The notes below the pieces were generated by a model, which ran no database searches, was not told the origin of the DNA, and worked only from the letters and a program-made list of their open reading frames with translations. This document shows positions 39,407-51,489 of a DNA stretch of 64,000 nt, one piece after another. The DNA is taken from the NCBI GenBank assembly GCA_951406725.2, contig OX597829.1:26660001-26724000 (forward strand), given 5' to 3'. This DNA is from Octopus vulgaris (Eukaryota). The position numbers and the translations under genes are program-made. Position 1 is the stretch's first letter; each line of letters begins with the position of its first letter.

Positions 39407-41402
39407 TTAACGATAAAGAGCTGAGCTGTTCAACATACGAGGTAGGCCTAGCCACTTTCTAATGAACACATTACATTTTTGTTCAATCCTTTCAACTCGT
39501 GACAATGCTACTTCGTATATTACAAGTGGCCACGCAAGTCGCGGGTACAAGCCGAACTGCAAGCACCAAATTTTATATTTACCTGGTAACTTCGAATTAT
39601 CAATCGCTGATAATCCAGCCTCGGCCTGTTTCATAATTTCAATCCCATGACTTCTTCTGTCTGACAATGTTTCAGCGTATACCCGTCCCAAGCTCTTGAC
39701 GGGCTCTTCCTTGACTGTTGGAATGCTTTCTTCAGATATTTAAAACTTAAATTCTTTCTGCACTTCCTTAACAAATGTCAGACTACGCGACTTTTTTGCT
39801 CTAAATCGCATCCTCGACCACCTTACAAGTTCGTCTAATCTGAAGAGCGCATTCTGCATGATTTGTTTATCTGTAGCTAGAAGTGTCACGTCATCCATGA
39901 AGGCTTTCTTAGGCGATTGTACATGGGCAATTTGTTCCGAAAAATCTACACCTTTCAAAATCAACTCCATGACTAAGATAAACCACGTGACAGATATTGT
40001 ACAGCCAGCAGCAATGCCAACCTCCAATCGGTGCCAATTTGTTGTAAAATTTCCAGTTGTAAATCTCATTTCGAAACTGTCATAGTACATCCTCATTATT
40101 TTTATCACTTTGTCAGGAATGTGGAAGTGGTTCATGGCTGTTATTAGTAATTTGTGTGGCACTGAACCATACGCGTTAGCTAGGTCGAGCCATACCACAT
40201 TCAGACTTTTCTTGTTCTGTTTGGCATCCTGGATCGCTTTCCAAATCGAAAAACAGTGTTCAACGCATCCAGGGATCCCGAGGATTCCGGTCTTTTGAAC
40301 AGATTCATCAACATATCCGTTACTCTGTAAATATGCCACTGTTCTCCTCGACAGAATTCCCATAAAGATCTTGCCTTCCACATTCAATAAGGATATCGGC
40401 CTAAACTGTTTTATGGTCTTTGCATTGGCAATACTTGTAGACTTTATATGAGACGCCATCACCTCCTGGAGCACTCTTTGCTCTAGCTTTTCTAACGCAG
40501 TCATTCACCTCTCTCTCCCTGATGTCCCCAATCTAGAATTCGATATCAGGTCCTGAGAGATGATTTAGCCCATGTAGAGGTGGAAGCGGCTGGTTACGGT
40601 GCGGATCGCTGTAGGTTTCCTTGATATGAGCATCCAATTCTTCTTTAGTGCACGATAAGGTACCACTCCTCGGTTCAGTGAACAGCTTCTTAGTAAACCC
40701 GTACGGGTCCTTCAGAAACTGCCCCCGAGTCCTTTTACTTTCTTTTCGACGCTCATATCGGCGGATATGTCGTTGCACATAACGACATTTCCTCTTCAAA
40801 TCGTTATACAGCAGCGCAAGGCCATGTTTCTCATCTAGTGCAGCACATCTCTATCGCTTTCTTAAGTCGGACTTTTCCTTCCTCAACTGCTGCATTTTTC
40901 TGATCCTCCTGCTTGGTCCACACTTTCCTTTCTCTAGTCGGATATTCTCTTTTATTCCAAATAAATCTTTTCCTATATCGGATATTGAGCTTGATAATTT
41001 ACCCAGTTTCTCCACTGTAGAGCCTGTCATTTTATAAAGAGCCCGACAAACCTTGTTTTCAAACTCTTTATATTTCACTTTCTCATTAGCAGCAGGCCAC
41101 AAAACCCTCGGTTTCCTCTGAGTATTATCCGATGCACCAGTTTCATGACTTGTAGTTTTATCACGTGAAGAGGTCTCTGCTGTAGCATTTATCGATCCGC
41201 TGTGGTTTGAGTCCGGGGATGATTTACCACGTGTTTTACGATCTAATAATCCACACTGCTCTGTCCTCTTCTCACAAGTCTTTCCCTGATGTGTCTTCAA
41301 GCCTCTCACAGTTGCAAAGGTTCTATAACACAGCTTGCATTCAAAGTTGTTTGCTTTTCGTTCGCTGTTCGAATGAATAATCATATTCGTTTCCAAGGTC
41401 AT
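39407..41402 (-). pseudogene. HERO-like ORF N-terminus and reverse transcriptase (stops, frameshifts, apparent deletion before FRPISLLN)
   Basis: ORF pieces 40851-41402, 40533-40799, 39740-40504 and 39407-39691 are collinear with RT motifs. Confidence 0.9.
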
Positions 41403-41526
41403 TCCCGTGCTGACTGGGTTTGATTGATTCTCGACTCCCCCCTCTCGGTCAATTGTGGGGCTGTCATTTCCAGTTATTTCCGTTACAATATATTATAGAG
41501 GCGAGAATTGTAAGTCCGCAGCCTCC

Positions 41527-41623
41527 GCCAGTCTTTCCTGGTGTCGATAGTCTTTCCTATTGTCCGCTCGTCTTTCTGAGCAGTCCTCTTGTCTTTCCAA
41601 GATGCCTAACCGTCTTTCCGGTT
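41527..41623 (-). other. Array of five stem-loops with a GAAAGA loop in the HERO 5' UTR
   Basis: Plus-strand TCTTTC loops at 41532, 41551, 41571, 41592 and 41613, each flanked by a different 4-6 bp inverted stem. Confidence 0.8.
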
Positions 41624-41651
41624 TATCAGTGGTTATCTACAAAAAGGTCTT

Positions 41652-42160
41652 AGATGTCTTGCAAACAACTTGCACATGCAAGTGCTACCAGTTAAAAGCT
41701 CCGTATACCGGTAGCTAGCAAGTGTATGGGGTCATCAGGAGAGAATGCGCGCCGTTTCGGGGCCTACCTCTCGACGGCATCAATGCGCACCGCCCCCCCC
41801 TTCCCCTCACTGATATGAGGCCCCGCTTGCTAGATCAGCTGGTTATGAAGAACTCAATATACTTCTAGCCATCGCTCATCGTCTCTTTTTAACCAAATCC
41901 AGTGGCTAGCCTTCTCCACTGTAGATTGGATATCAGTCATGGTGGTATTGACTTTACGATGAGTTAAGCCTATCGATAACAACAGTCGTCTCAGGCTGAG
42001 TCCAACAAAACCTCTACATCCGACTTCGATAGGAAAATGTTCCGCTTTCCAGCCTGCGTCTTCACATTTCTCGAGGAGATTTTCATAACGGTTCAATTTT
42101 CGAGCCCGAGCGGCGTCCATATTGTCTTCATGAGGAAACCGTTAGCTCGACTATATTTAC
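41652..42160 (-). mobile_element. 5'-truncated HERO-like copy (last ~510 bp) in tandem upstream of the long copy
   Basis: Near-identical to 38018-38518; includes ORF 41854-42120 and a second copy of the hammerhead-like motif at 41715-41833. Confidence 0.92.
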
Positions 42161-42545
42161 GAGAATTTTTTTCACTATCAGTCTAAGGGACACAACTCTT
42201 TGATTTCTGCAAGAGTTGCGTTACTTTAATTTTTAAATTTATGCTTTATACAGGTGAAAAATAATTTCAGCTGTTCCCTCTCAAACGAAGCGTACAAATT
42301 AAGGTGCAAAACAATTGTGATCTGAGATGCCTGCTAATAATATGAAAGGGTTTCTGATATTGCGATGGATTCGCAAGAGCTTGCAAAACCTCTGTATAGT
42401 TCCTGCAGTTTCTACACAAAACAGAATTTCATTTATTTACCAGATTTTTACTTCTAAATATATGGGGGAAAAAACGCCCTGTGTGGCCATATTAGAAATC
42501 ATCTGGATGGCACAGGTTATTAATTAAATATTTCATGATGTGTGT

Positions 42546-42915
42546 AGGCGCAGGAGTGGCTATGTGGTAAATAGCTTGCTTACTGGCAAGTGTCTTCTAC
42601 TATAGCAACAGGCCGACCAAAGCCTTGTTAGTGGATTTGGTAAACGGAAACTGAAAGAAGCCTGTTGTATATATGTATATGTATATATATGTGTGTTTGT
42701 GTGTCTGTATTTGTCCCCCCCCCCCCCCGCATCGCTTGACACCCGATGTTGGTGTGTTTACGTTCACGTAATATAGCGGTTCGACAAAACAGACTGATAT
42801 AATAAGTACTAGACTTCCAAAGAATAAGTATTGGGGGTGATTTGCTCGACTCCAGCATGGCCGCAGTCATGACTGAAACAAGTAATGACTGAAACAAGTA
42901 AAAGAGTAAAAGAGT
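42546..42915 (+). mobile_element. SINE family A with internal deletions
   Basis: Head ggcgcaggagtggct and a duplicated tail atgactgaaacaagta. Confidence 0.8.
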
Positions 42916-43106
42916 ATGACATTTCATTAAAGCCGAAAATAATTAGTCTGGAGAAAATTGAAGGAATGTGTTTTTTATTAATTTTTTTTCGTTTGTTTGT
43001 TTTCTTTAGAACATTAGCAAATTAAGAATCGAGAGAATAGATAGAAAGTTCTTAATGTTTACAAAAAGAATGAAAATTATTTCCTAGGAATTCTATCTTG
43101 TGTAAA

Positions 43107-43986
43107 ACTATATATATAAAACTCTAGTTGTGTGAGTGTCTGTCCCCTTCGATTTAGATTCCTAACTCCTCCCACATTTTGCGGTGCAGTTTAACCAAAT
43201 TCGGGTATCTTATAGTCGTGATTCATATCGAGCCCGTCTGACTATTAGCGCGCGTCAACGATGAGTCTACGATTTTAAAAATAATTTAACATCATTTTTT
43301 ATTCCATTTTAATGCATAAAATGCATCGTGTGTCGATGGCGGCGGAGTTGGCGTCCACGCTCACAGCTGCACCTGTTTGCTTCTCCCCCTTCCCTCCCTC
43401 GTGAAGCTGTGGGGAAGGGAGTGTAAAGAAATCAACGTCGTAATGCGTTGTGAAGGAAACCAGCGTTCTTTTAGAACAACGACTTCATGGCTTGAAGACA
43501 CCAAAACAAAAATGGCTAAGAAAGCCCGAATTGGCATCTAAAAATGCTTATATAGTTATTTCCCTTACAAACCCGAGCAACGCCGGGCGATACTGCTAGT
43601 CTTTATATATGAAAGTGAAGTTGTGTGTCTGTCTCCTACGATTTAGATTCCTAACTACTCCCACATTTTGCGGTGCAGTTTAACCAAAACCGGGTATCTT
43701 ATAGTCGTGATACATATCGAGCCCTTCTGGGTATTAGCGCGCGTCTACGATGAGTCTACGATTTTAAAAAAAATTTAGCATCATTTTTTTCCATTTTAAT
43801 GCATTTTTTCGCTATTATATAAGGGAAGTAACTCTCTAAAAATGTCTACGATGAGTCAACGATTTAAAAAAAAAATTACCATTATTTTTTTTTCCATTTT
43901 TAATGCATTTTTTGCTATAACTCTCTAAAAATGCTTATGTAGTTATTTCCCTTACAAACCCGAGCAACGCCGGGCGATACTGCTAG
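43107..43986 (+). mobile_element. Two non-autonomous Helitrons head-to-tail
   Basis: 43107-43599 (long variant) is joined at CTAG|TC to 43600-43986 (short variant with internal duplication); same hairpin and CTAG ends. Confidence 0.88.
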
Positions 43987-44451
43987 TGTCTTATAAAACA
44001 CAATAAAAATTAGTAATTTTATATTATAAAATGGGGGAAACAATTCTATCAATTCTATCAAAAACAACAGATTTCTCTAATTTTCTGAAATTGAAAATAA
44101 TTATAAAATCTTTTTTTCATATTTAATGTTAACCATAAAATACATTTTTTTCAATTACGTACATCAAAAATTTTCATTTTTCTTTTTTATAAACATTTAC
44201 AAATATGGTTCTCTATTCACATTTTGAACACTGAAAATAGTTTTTAATAGCTTTATTCCTTCTATAAACATTATAGGCATTTAAACATTTGTTTACGTAA
44301 GTTTTAAATCATATTCTTAAAATTTCTTAGATTTATATTCATTCTGAATATAAACCCAGTAACGACCAGCGTCCCGATTTGAAATTTAATACAAATAATA
44401 TTATAAAAACTTGTGGGGGTTTTTTTTTGTTTTTTTTTTTTACTTACTTTA

Positions 44452-44644
44452 TTACTTGTTTCAGTCATTTGACTGCAGCCATGCTAGAGCACCGCCTTTA
44501 GTCAAACAAATCGACCCCAGAGCTTATTTCTTGTAAGCCTAGTACAAATTCTATCGGTCTTATTTGCCGAACCGCTAAGTGACGGGGACGTAAACACACT
44601 AGCATCGGTTGTCAAGCGATGCTGGGGGACAAACAGACACACAA

Positions 44645-44704
<60 letters not shown>

Positions 44705-45254
44705 TTCCAAGAAAGTTAGAGGTTGTGAATCCAACCAACTAAGGGATAATATCTATCCAATATACTGCTGGTAGAATACCCAATTATTAATACACAAGTG
44801 TGTTTTATTATTGCATTGCAATTACATTACCTAGTGTACTAAATGGATGAGGGTAAAGCGATATTTTACCATTAATTTATAGAGCAATAAGAAAATGGAG
44901 GGAATCAATAGGTGGTTCATCAACTTTTAGACATTATATTATGTTAACTTATTTATTTATTTATTAAAATGGCAATTACAAGAATATACATACATGTATA
45001 ACATATTATGCTTTACATATAAAATATAAAATATATTAGTGTATATAAGGATACCAGTAATTAGTACAAAACAACATACATGAATATATATACACACATA
45101 TACGACGGGCTTCTTCCAGTTTCCGTCTACCAAATCCACTCACAAGGCTTTGGTCGGCCTATAATAGAAGACACTTGCCTAAGGTGCCACGCATTGGGAC
45201 TGAACCCGGGACCACGTGGTTCGTAAGCGAGCTACTTACCACACAGCCACTCCT
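44452..45254 (-). mobile_element. SINE family A split by about 400 bp of unrelated sequence at its internal microsatellite
   Basis: 3' half at 44452-44690 and 5' half at about 45095-45254 are collinear with intact copies. Confidence 0.65.
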
Positions 45255-45333
45255 ATATACTTCATACTTACAATATTCTCCAAGTATACAATTAAAAATG
45301 AACAATATAACAAAAGAAATATAATCAAAGAAC

Positions 45334-45878
45334 CAGAGGTGTAGCCAAGTTCTAAATTCAGGGGAAGCAATCACATTAAAAAACAAGGCGTTGTGAAACA
45401 TACCAACCGATTTTCAACTCATTTCTCTTATACCACACGAAATATTTTGTTAGTTATAATATACGTAATTGTATTCTACATTCGTTAATTGCGTGTTTCA
45501 GTAGCCATGTCATTATTTGAAATTTACAACTACTGATATAGGTCTGACGTGAAAAAGATGAAACACCACGGGATCGTTCAGTGTCGAGACTTTATGACGT
45601 CAAGGTTTGTCTTTCGGTTCTTCAGATGTCAGTGGACACCAACACATCACTGGAGATTGAACAGACTGTTCAAAACCATGGATGATTGGTCAAATAAAGT
45701 AATGACTCCGGAAAGTTCTTCCAATGCCATGCAATTAACGAAAAGAAAGACATTCCACTTTTATCGCACAAGTGAACTAAAGAATTGTAAAAACATTGTC
45801 GAAAAAGGTCTTAATTTTGAAAAACGTGCTCGCGGGGAGCAGTTGCTCCCCTTTGCTCCCCTATTAGTTACGCTACTG
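45334..45878. mobile_element. hAT-type non-autonomous element
   Basis: Ends CAGAGGTGTAGC / GTTACGCTACTG; flanks CAAAGAAC / CAAAGAGC match 7/8. Confidence 0.6.
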
Positions 45879-45974
45879 CAAAGAGCCCTTAGGACCTAAG
45901 ATAATGTAAGAATTTACAATAGGCGTTTAACAGGTTAAAAAATAAGGTTTATACATACATACATACATATCCTC

Positions 45975-46186
45975 TCTACTATAGGCTCTAGGCCTGAAAT
46001 TTGGGGAGGGGGAGGGGGATAGTCGATTACATCGATACCAGTCTTTCAATGGTACTTTATTTATCGACCCCGAAAGGATGAAAGGTAAAGTCAACCTCAG
46101 CGGCATCTGAGCTCAGAACGTCAAGGCGGACGAAATGCCGCTAAGCATTTCGTCCGGCATGCTAACAATTCTGCAAGCTCGCCGCC
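45975..46186 (-). mobile_element. SINE family B
   Basis: Homologous to 17063-17290. Confidence 0.8.
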
Positions 46187-46204
46187 ATTGTGTGTGTGCA
46201 AGTG

Positions 46205-46332
<128 letters not shown>

Positions 46333-47289
46333 TATACATTAAGTACAGGACATCACCAACGAGCGAAAAACACGTAAACACACGAGAGATAAGTACAGGA
46401 CAATACATAAACACATAGCGAGAGACAAGTACAGAACAAAATATCAAAAGAAGTCTAACTCTTCATCTGTTGTCGACTGCTTATTACTCCCTATTTCGAG
46501 CTTTCAAAGATAAGATAGGAAAACTTCATAAGACAGCAGCATTTAGAAATTTTAAAACTATAAAATTTGTGGTGAGTTGGGGTTTCGAAAGAACAAACAG
46601 CAACAGAGTGGACGTACAGAGTAAACACTCGACGACGACAAACATTAAGGGCCGTTAGGCGAAGACGCATTGTAATGGGTAACGCCTGAGCGAAATTTTG
46701 AAAGGATACAGAATAAGTAGAAGAGAAGAAAATAGTAAAAGAAAAAAATATCGGGAGGCGAGAGAAATGACGTCCAGGTAGATGGACGTCACGTCCAAAA
46801 AGGACAGAGGTTCGAGAAATGGCTTGTAGTCACGTGTGAGCAAACAGGGAAGGAGACCAAGAGAGAGGATGAGGGAAAGAAACAGAAATGTGTGTGTGTG
46901 TATGTGTACACACTTATAAATTGAGGATATGATTATATCAGTGCCTAACATATAAAAAACGACCACATGGGCAAAAATAATTTTGAAGTACATAATTATA
47001 AAAATATAATTATAATTATACTGGAATGTCATCGCCTATACACTAGAAGTAGATGTCAAATACCTACAACCCACTCTAAATTTGTTCTCTGTTTATAACA
47101 CAAGGCCCAACGTGAGATAATGAGCAAGAAGATTTACAAATTTTTGATAATCCTATATTTTAAGATTTCGTGCTCTGTAAGAAAGATTACTCCTCAGTGA
47201 AAATAAACTGATAATATATAAGCAAATAATACATATACATACTGATAAATTTTTGTGTACCGATACCAATATATTACTCTTTTTACTCT

Positions 47290-47692
47290 CTTTACTCTTT
47301 TACTTGTTTCAGTCATTTGACTGCGGCCATGCTGGAGCACCACCTTTAGTCGAGCAAATCGACCCCAGGACTTATTCTTTGTAAGCCCAGTACTTATTCT
47401 ATCGGTCTCTTTTTGCCGAACCGCTAAGTGACGGGGACGTAAACACACCAGCATCGGTTGTCAAGCAATGCTAGGGGGACAAACACAGACACACAAACAC
47501 ACACACACACATACATATATATATATACATATATACGATGGGCTTCTTTCAGTTTCCGTCTACCAAATCCACTTACAAGGCATTGGTCAGCCCGGGGCTA
47601 TAGCAGAAGACACTTGCCCAAGATGCCACGCAGTGGGATTGAACTCGGAACCATGCAGTTGGTAAGCAAGCTACTTACCACACAGCCACTCC
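47290..47692 (-). mobile_element. SINE family A, full length
   Basis: Near-identical to 1081-1465. Confidence 0.9.
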
Positions 47693-47829
47693 CATTACAT
47701 CTAACCACCCTTAATTATGATTATATTTCTATAATCATGTACTTAAAAAAAAATATATATATATATATATGGGGGGGGGACAGACAGAGACAGAAACAGA
47801 CAGACAGACAGACAGAAACAGAAACCACG

Positions 47830-49350
47830 GGTGCAAGTCCAGCAAAGCCAATCACATGTGCAAATCTTGTTGGTAGCAGCAAATATTCGTAAAAGAACTC
47901 CAAAGACCAAAGTGGAGAAGAGTTCCATGCTGATGATGGTCAAGTATGAGTCAGTTGGTTCTAAAAAATGGGCAAAAAATTCCACAAAATGCACTGGATG
48001 CATCAGGTGAAAAGATATGACATGATCGTTCAAAGAATGTGGACAGCCCTACATCGAACAGGGATCGGATAAATATTCTCAAACCCGTACTTCGAGAATG
48101 CCCATCCAACAGTGGGGATGAGGTGCATTGTCAGAGTGGGTGATTAGGTGAGAGCCAGAGAGAACTTTTCCCTGAAGCTTGGGAAAGAGTTCTCTCTTCT
48201 TGACAAAAGGTTGTATCCATAAAATAGGCTTGTCCAGAGATATAGATATAATGCCTGTAGAGTGCCACATCTTGGATAGCATCCTATGGGCTCTTGGCAG
48301 CCCTGAAGAAGCCAGGTCTGTTACGATTTGCAACACTTGACTTGGTTCGTATCCATATCTACAGAGTGTTTTCAAGATGTATAACCTCTTGTTGAAAGTA
48401 TCAATGTATGTAAGGGAAGTTGGCAAAATTAATCCATACCTCCAAGTGAACATCACAGCAAAAAGAGTTTAAACTTGTAAAAAATAAAGCTATACTTGAT
48501 AGGCAGTGTTGGCTTACAGTTTTTAAAAAACTTTTCGACTATCGGTCTGTCCTGCTAGGTTCAATTATTCTCTATTGGTCCTAGTGAGCATAGATAGACT
48601 AAGAGCATACAAAACTAAAAATCATATGATAGATAATTCTAATATTTTGATAAGGTTGCTTAGCGTTTATAAACCAGTAACTGTTGGGGCTGGTATGAGT
48701 TCCCTGATCAATCTCAATGTGCAATGGCTACTGGTCGAGTCAAAAGGCTACTATTCTCATGGATAGACACTGGATAGGGTCCTGTCCCTCTTGCGGTTGC
48801 CAGCCTACTGAATGCTGATTAAATTCTGACAATTACAATACATAAGAACAATTTGAACTGTGTCCATCTCAATTGGAAGATGCATATCTTGGTGCTTCAG
48901 AGCAGGCATCTCCACATCTATTTGATTCAAGATCCTGGATTTGACAAAGTGGATCTTGGCTTGTTGGGTAAGATGGTTCTGCCTAGGAAAACCTTCTATG
49001 AGTGTCTTGTGCTTTGCACCCTGTGTTCACAACACTTCTTGAATGCTGCCAGTTGCAGCACACCCTTGTTTCATAGACACAGTCGAAAAGAGGTATATTT
49101 TATGTAATAAATGTTGTAGTGAGAGTAGCCATCCCCACTCACTGAAGTGCCACTCGAGCTGGTATCTGAACAAGAAGTGCGAAAACATTCCTGCCCATTT
49201 CGATCATGTTTCAAATGTGAGCAATGCGACATCTCATTCTGAATTGTCACAGGTAGATCACCACCCAAGAGACATGAAAATCCCGAGATTGTAAAATATT
49301 CTGTGGATCTGGCTTATAAACATGCCTCTCATGAGCCAGAAGGAGCACTA
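47830..49350 (-). pseudogene. Highly degraded DIRS-order (Ngaro-like) RT/RNase H remnant
   Basis: Manual minus-strand fragments LRLIRELIPAP (RLIxDLSxP-like), FSPDASSAFCG (TDAS..G-like) and IISMELFSTLV (LEL-like) appear in the expected order; weak. Confidence 0.35.
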
Positions 49351-50454
49351 GTAAGGGCTATTGATCTGTGAAGGGGATTGTAATTATCTTCAAGAAGGAA
49401 GGAAAGTTCTCAGAGTGGGAACAGGCAAGTTAATGTTGTGATCTGTCCATTATTCACAGGTTAGTCTATAAAGTAGACTAGTTTAAATAAGAGTAATTTA
49501 TTTCATAGTAAGAAAAAAGCTGTTAGGTTGACAATTTGCACAATAGATCCAGCAGCTGAACAGTTGCCCAATTGTGAAGAGAGCCATTACTCAGCTGTTC
49601 TCTGACATGGTATAGAAAGATTCGTTTGGTGGTGCCACACTTCTAGTGTCCTCCTCCTGGGTGGTGGTGGTGTACGCCAGGTATTTCCAGTCACCATGTG
49701 AGAGAGATGCAAACAAAAGCTTGTGGTCAAATAAGAAGTGTACATCAGTTAAGAGTTAGTTAATCCTCCAGCAGAACTAATGTGATAATGCTGACACTTC
49801 TTATTGTGTTGCTCTAGTATACTCAGCTGAAAATGAGTCCCAGCCAAGTATTGATGCATCTTTCTCTCCTTTCAACTATTACATTCTCAGTATTCTTCAA
49901 GGCCAAGAGTAAAAGGGCCGACAAGGCATCTAGATCTGCTTGCAAACTATATAGGTATCTAAAACATGTATCAAAACATGGCATTTAGTACCAGACACAT
50001 TCATTTGTGGGTGGCAGTTATGCTACATATTGCCACAGAGTCTTTTTTTTTAGGTATGTATGAAAAAACTATATTGACTGCTCACTGCTATTGAAGGTGA
50101 AAAATGTCGCAACTGGTTTGTTGGTGCCATGAAAATAAAAAAAAATTTTTTCTTAATGAAGCAAAATCATGGGAGACAAATCAGTAGAGAATTTATAGAG
50201 TTATGTCCCTTGTTCTTGAAGTATTTGAGGTGATTAAGGCGACAGTTTGATATGTGAAAAATTATACTAGTGGTTAAGATATTGTTATATGTGTAAGGTT
50301 AGTATATATATAAAGGTTCTTTTGGAAGAGGTATTAGGCAGGTGCTCGAAACTTTTAGTCCGTGCCTGAACACAGATGTGTATACGTATTCATCTATGTA
50401 TGTTTTAGTTAAAGATTTTGCCGAGTTCTCAGAATGTGATGGAGGAAGAGCCAA

Positions 50455-50991
50455 AGATAGAGGACCTAGTATTCATAATCATGGTGGGACCTGTAAGTAA
50501 AATAATATAAACCTCCTCTCATGCTGGAAGGTGAGAATGTTTTAACGTGATTGTTTTCTTGGCTGAACATAATCTACATTTTCTGCTACCATTAAAATAT
50601 GGCTTGCACTTCTCTAAGATTTTCCACTTTACTGGTTAGGCATGCATGCCTGTACAGGGCTATGGCATTTCATCTTATCTGGACATTGAAGGAAGACTTA
50701 TAGTTGTTGAATCTCATCCTGGAAGGACTTTCTGTTGCACCTACATGCTACTGTACATTTTTCTGCCCATTGGGACACTTTAACATTACCTCTGCTTCAT
50801 ATACAATCTTTTCTGTAAAGTGGAAAATCTTAGAGAAGTGCAAGCCATATTTTAATAGTAGCAGAAAATTTGGATATGTTTAGCTAAGAAAACAATCATG
50901 TTAAAACATTCTCACCATCCAGCATAAAAGGAGGTTAAAATTATTTTATTTACAGGTTCAACCATGATAATGAATACTAGGTCCTCTATCT
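50455..50991. repeat. Long-TIR MITE-like inverted repeat
   Basis: Arms 50455-50632 and 50815-50991 are reverse complements (aagattttccactttac / gtaaagtggaaaatctt) around a spacer of about 180 bp. Confidence 0.8.
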
Positions 50992-51159
50992 GTGTTGTAG
51001 TGGCCATTAAAAGGACATGTGCTGTTACCTCGACTGTCTTTTTTGTGTGCATATTTTTGTGTAAATTTTTGTGTACATATTTGTGTGAGTGTGCATGTGT
51101 GCATATATGTATGTACATGTACATATAAATATGCATATGTTATTGTTCAGTTTTATTTC

Positions 51160-51489
51160 AAGATTTCTTGGGATAGAGAGGAGAAACTGTTCACAGTTGT
51201 GGAGATTAGCTGCCCAGTGGATGTTAACATAAAGCTGAAGATCTGTGAAAAAGAGAACAACTATGCTGAACTATTGAGAAATCTGCAGTTATTTTATCCA
51301 GATTACAAGTTCAGATTTATACCAGTAATTATTGGGACCCTGGGACACGTAACACACTGCCTAAATGCCAGTCTTGAGAAATTAGGTTTGTCAAGACCAG
51401 AGAGGAGAAAGCTTATTCGAAGACTACAGATCCAGTCCATCACTGAAACTGTAAAAACTTGTTAAACTTTTCAGAAGTTTATCATTTAA
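51160..51489 (+). pseudogene. RLE endonuclease C-terminus of an R4/NeSL-like non-LTR element
   Basis: WDREEKLFTVVEISCPVDVNI..KENNY..L..FIPVIIGTLG..LEKLG..LQ. Confidence 0.75.

Larger units (their letters stand above)
38018..41645 (-). mobile_element. HERO-like RLE non-LTR retrotransposon, near full length, disrupted
   Basis: One ancestral ORF in fragments: N-terminal zinc finger CKLC..GLKTHQGKTC, RT with FRPISLLN, WLDLANAYGSVPH, GIAAGC, AFMDD, then CCHC and KPDI..ELTVP RLE. Confidence 0.88.

Noticed and set aside
42255-42527. Possible plus-strand exon or 66-aa ORF after a tttatacag acceptor
   Set aside because: Could be a UTR exon, but there is no strong donor and no recognisable protein.
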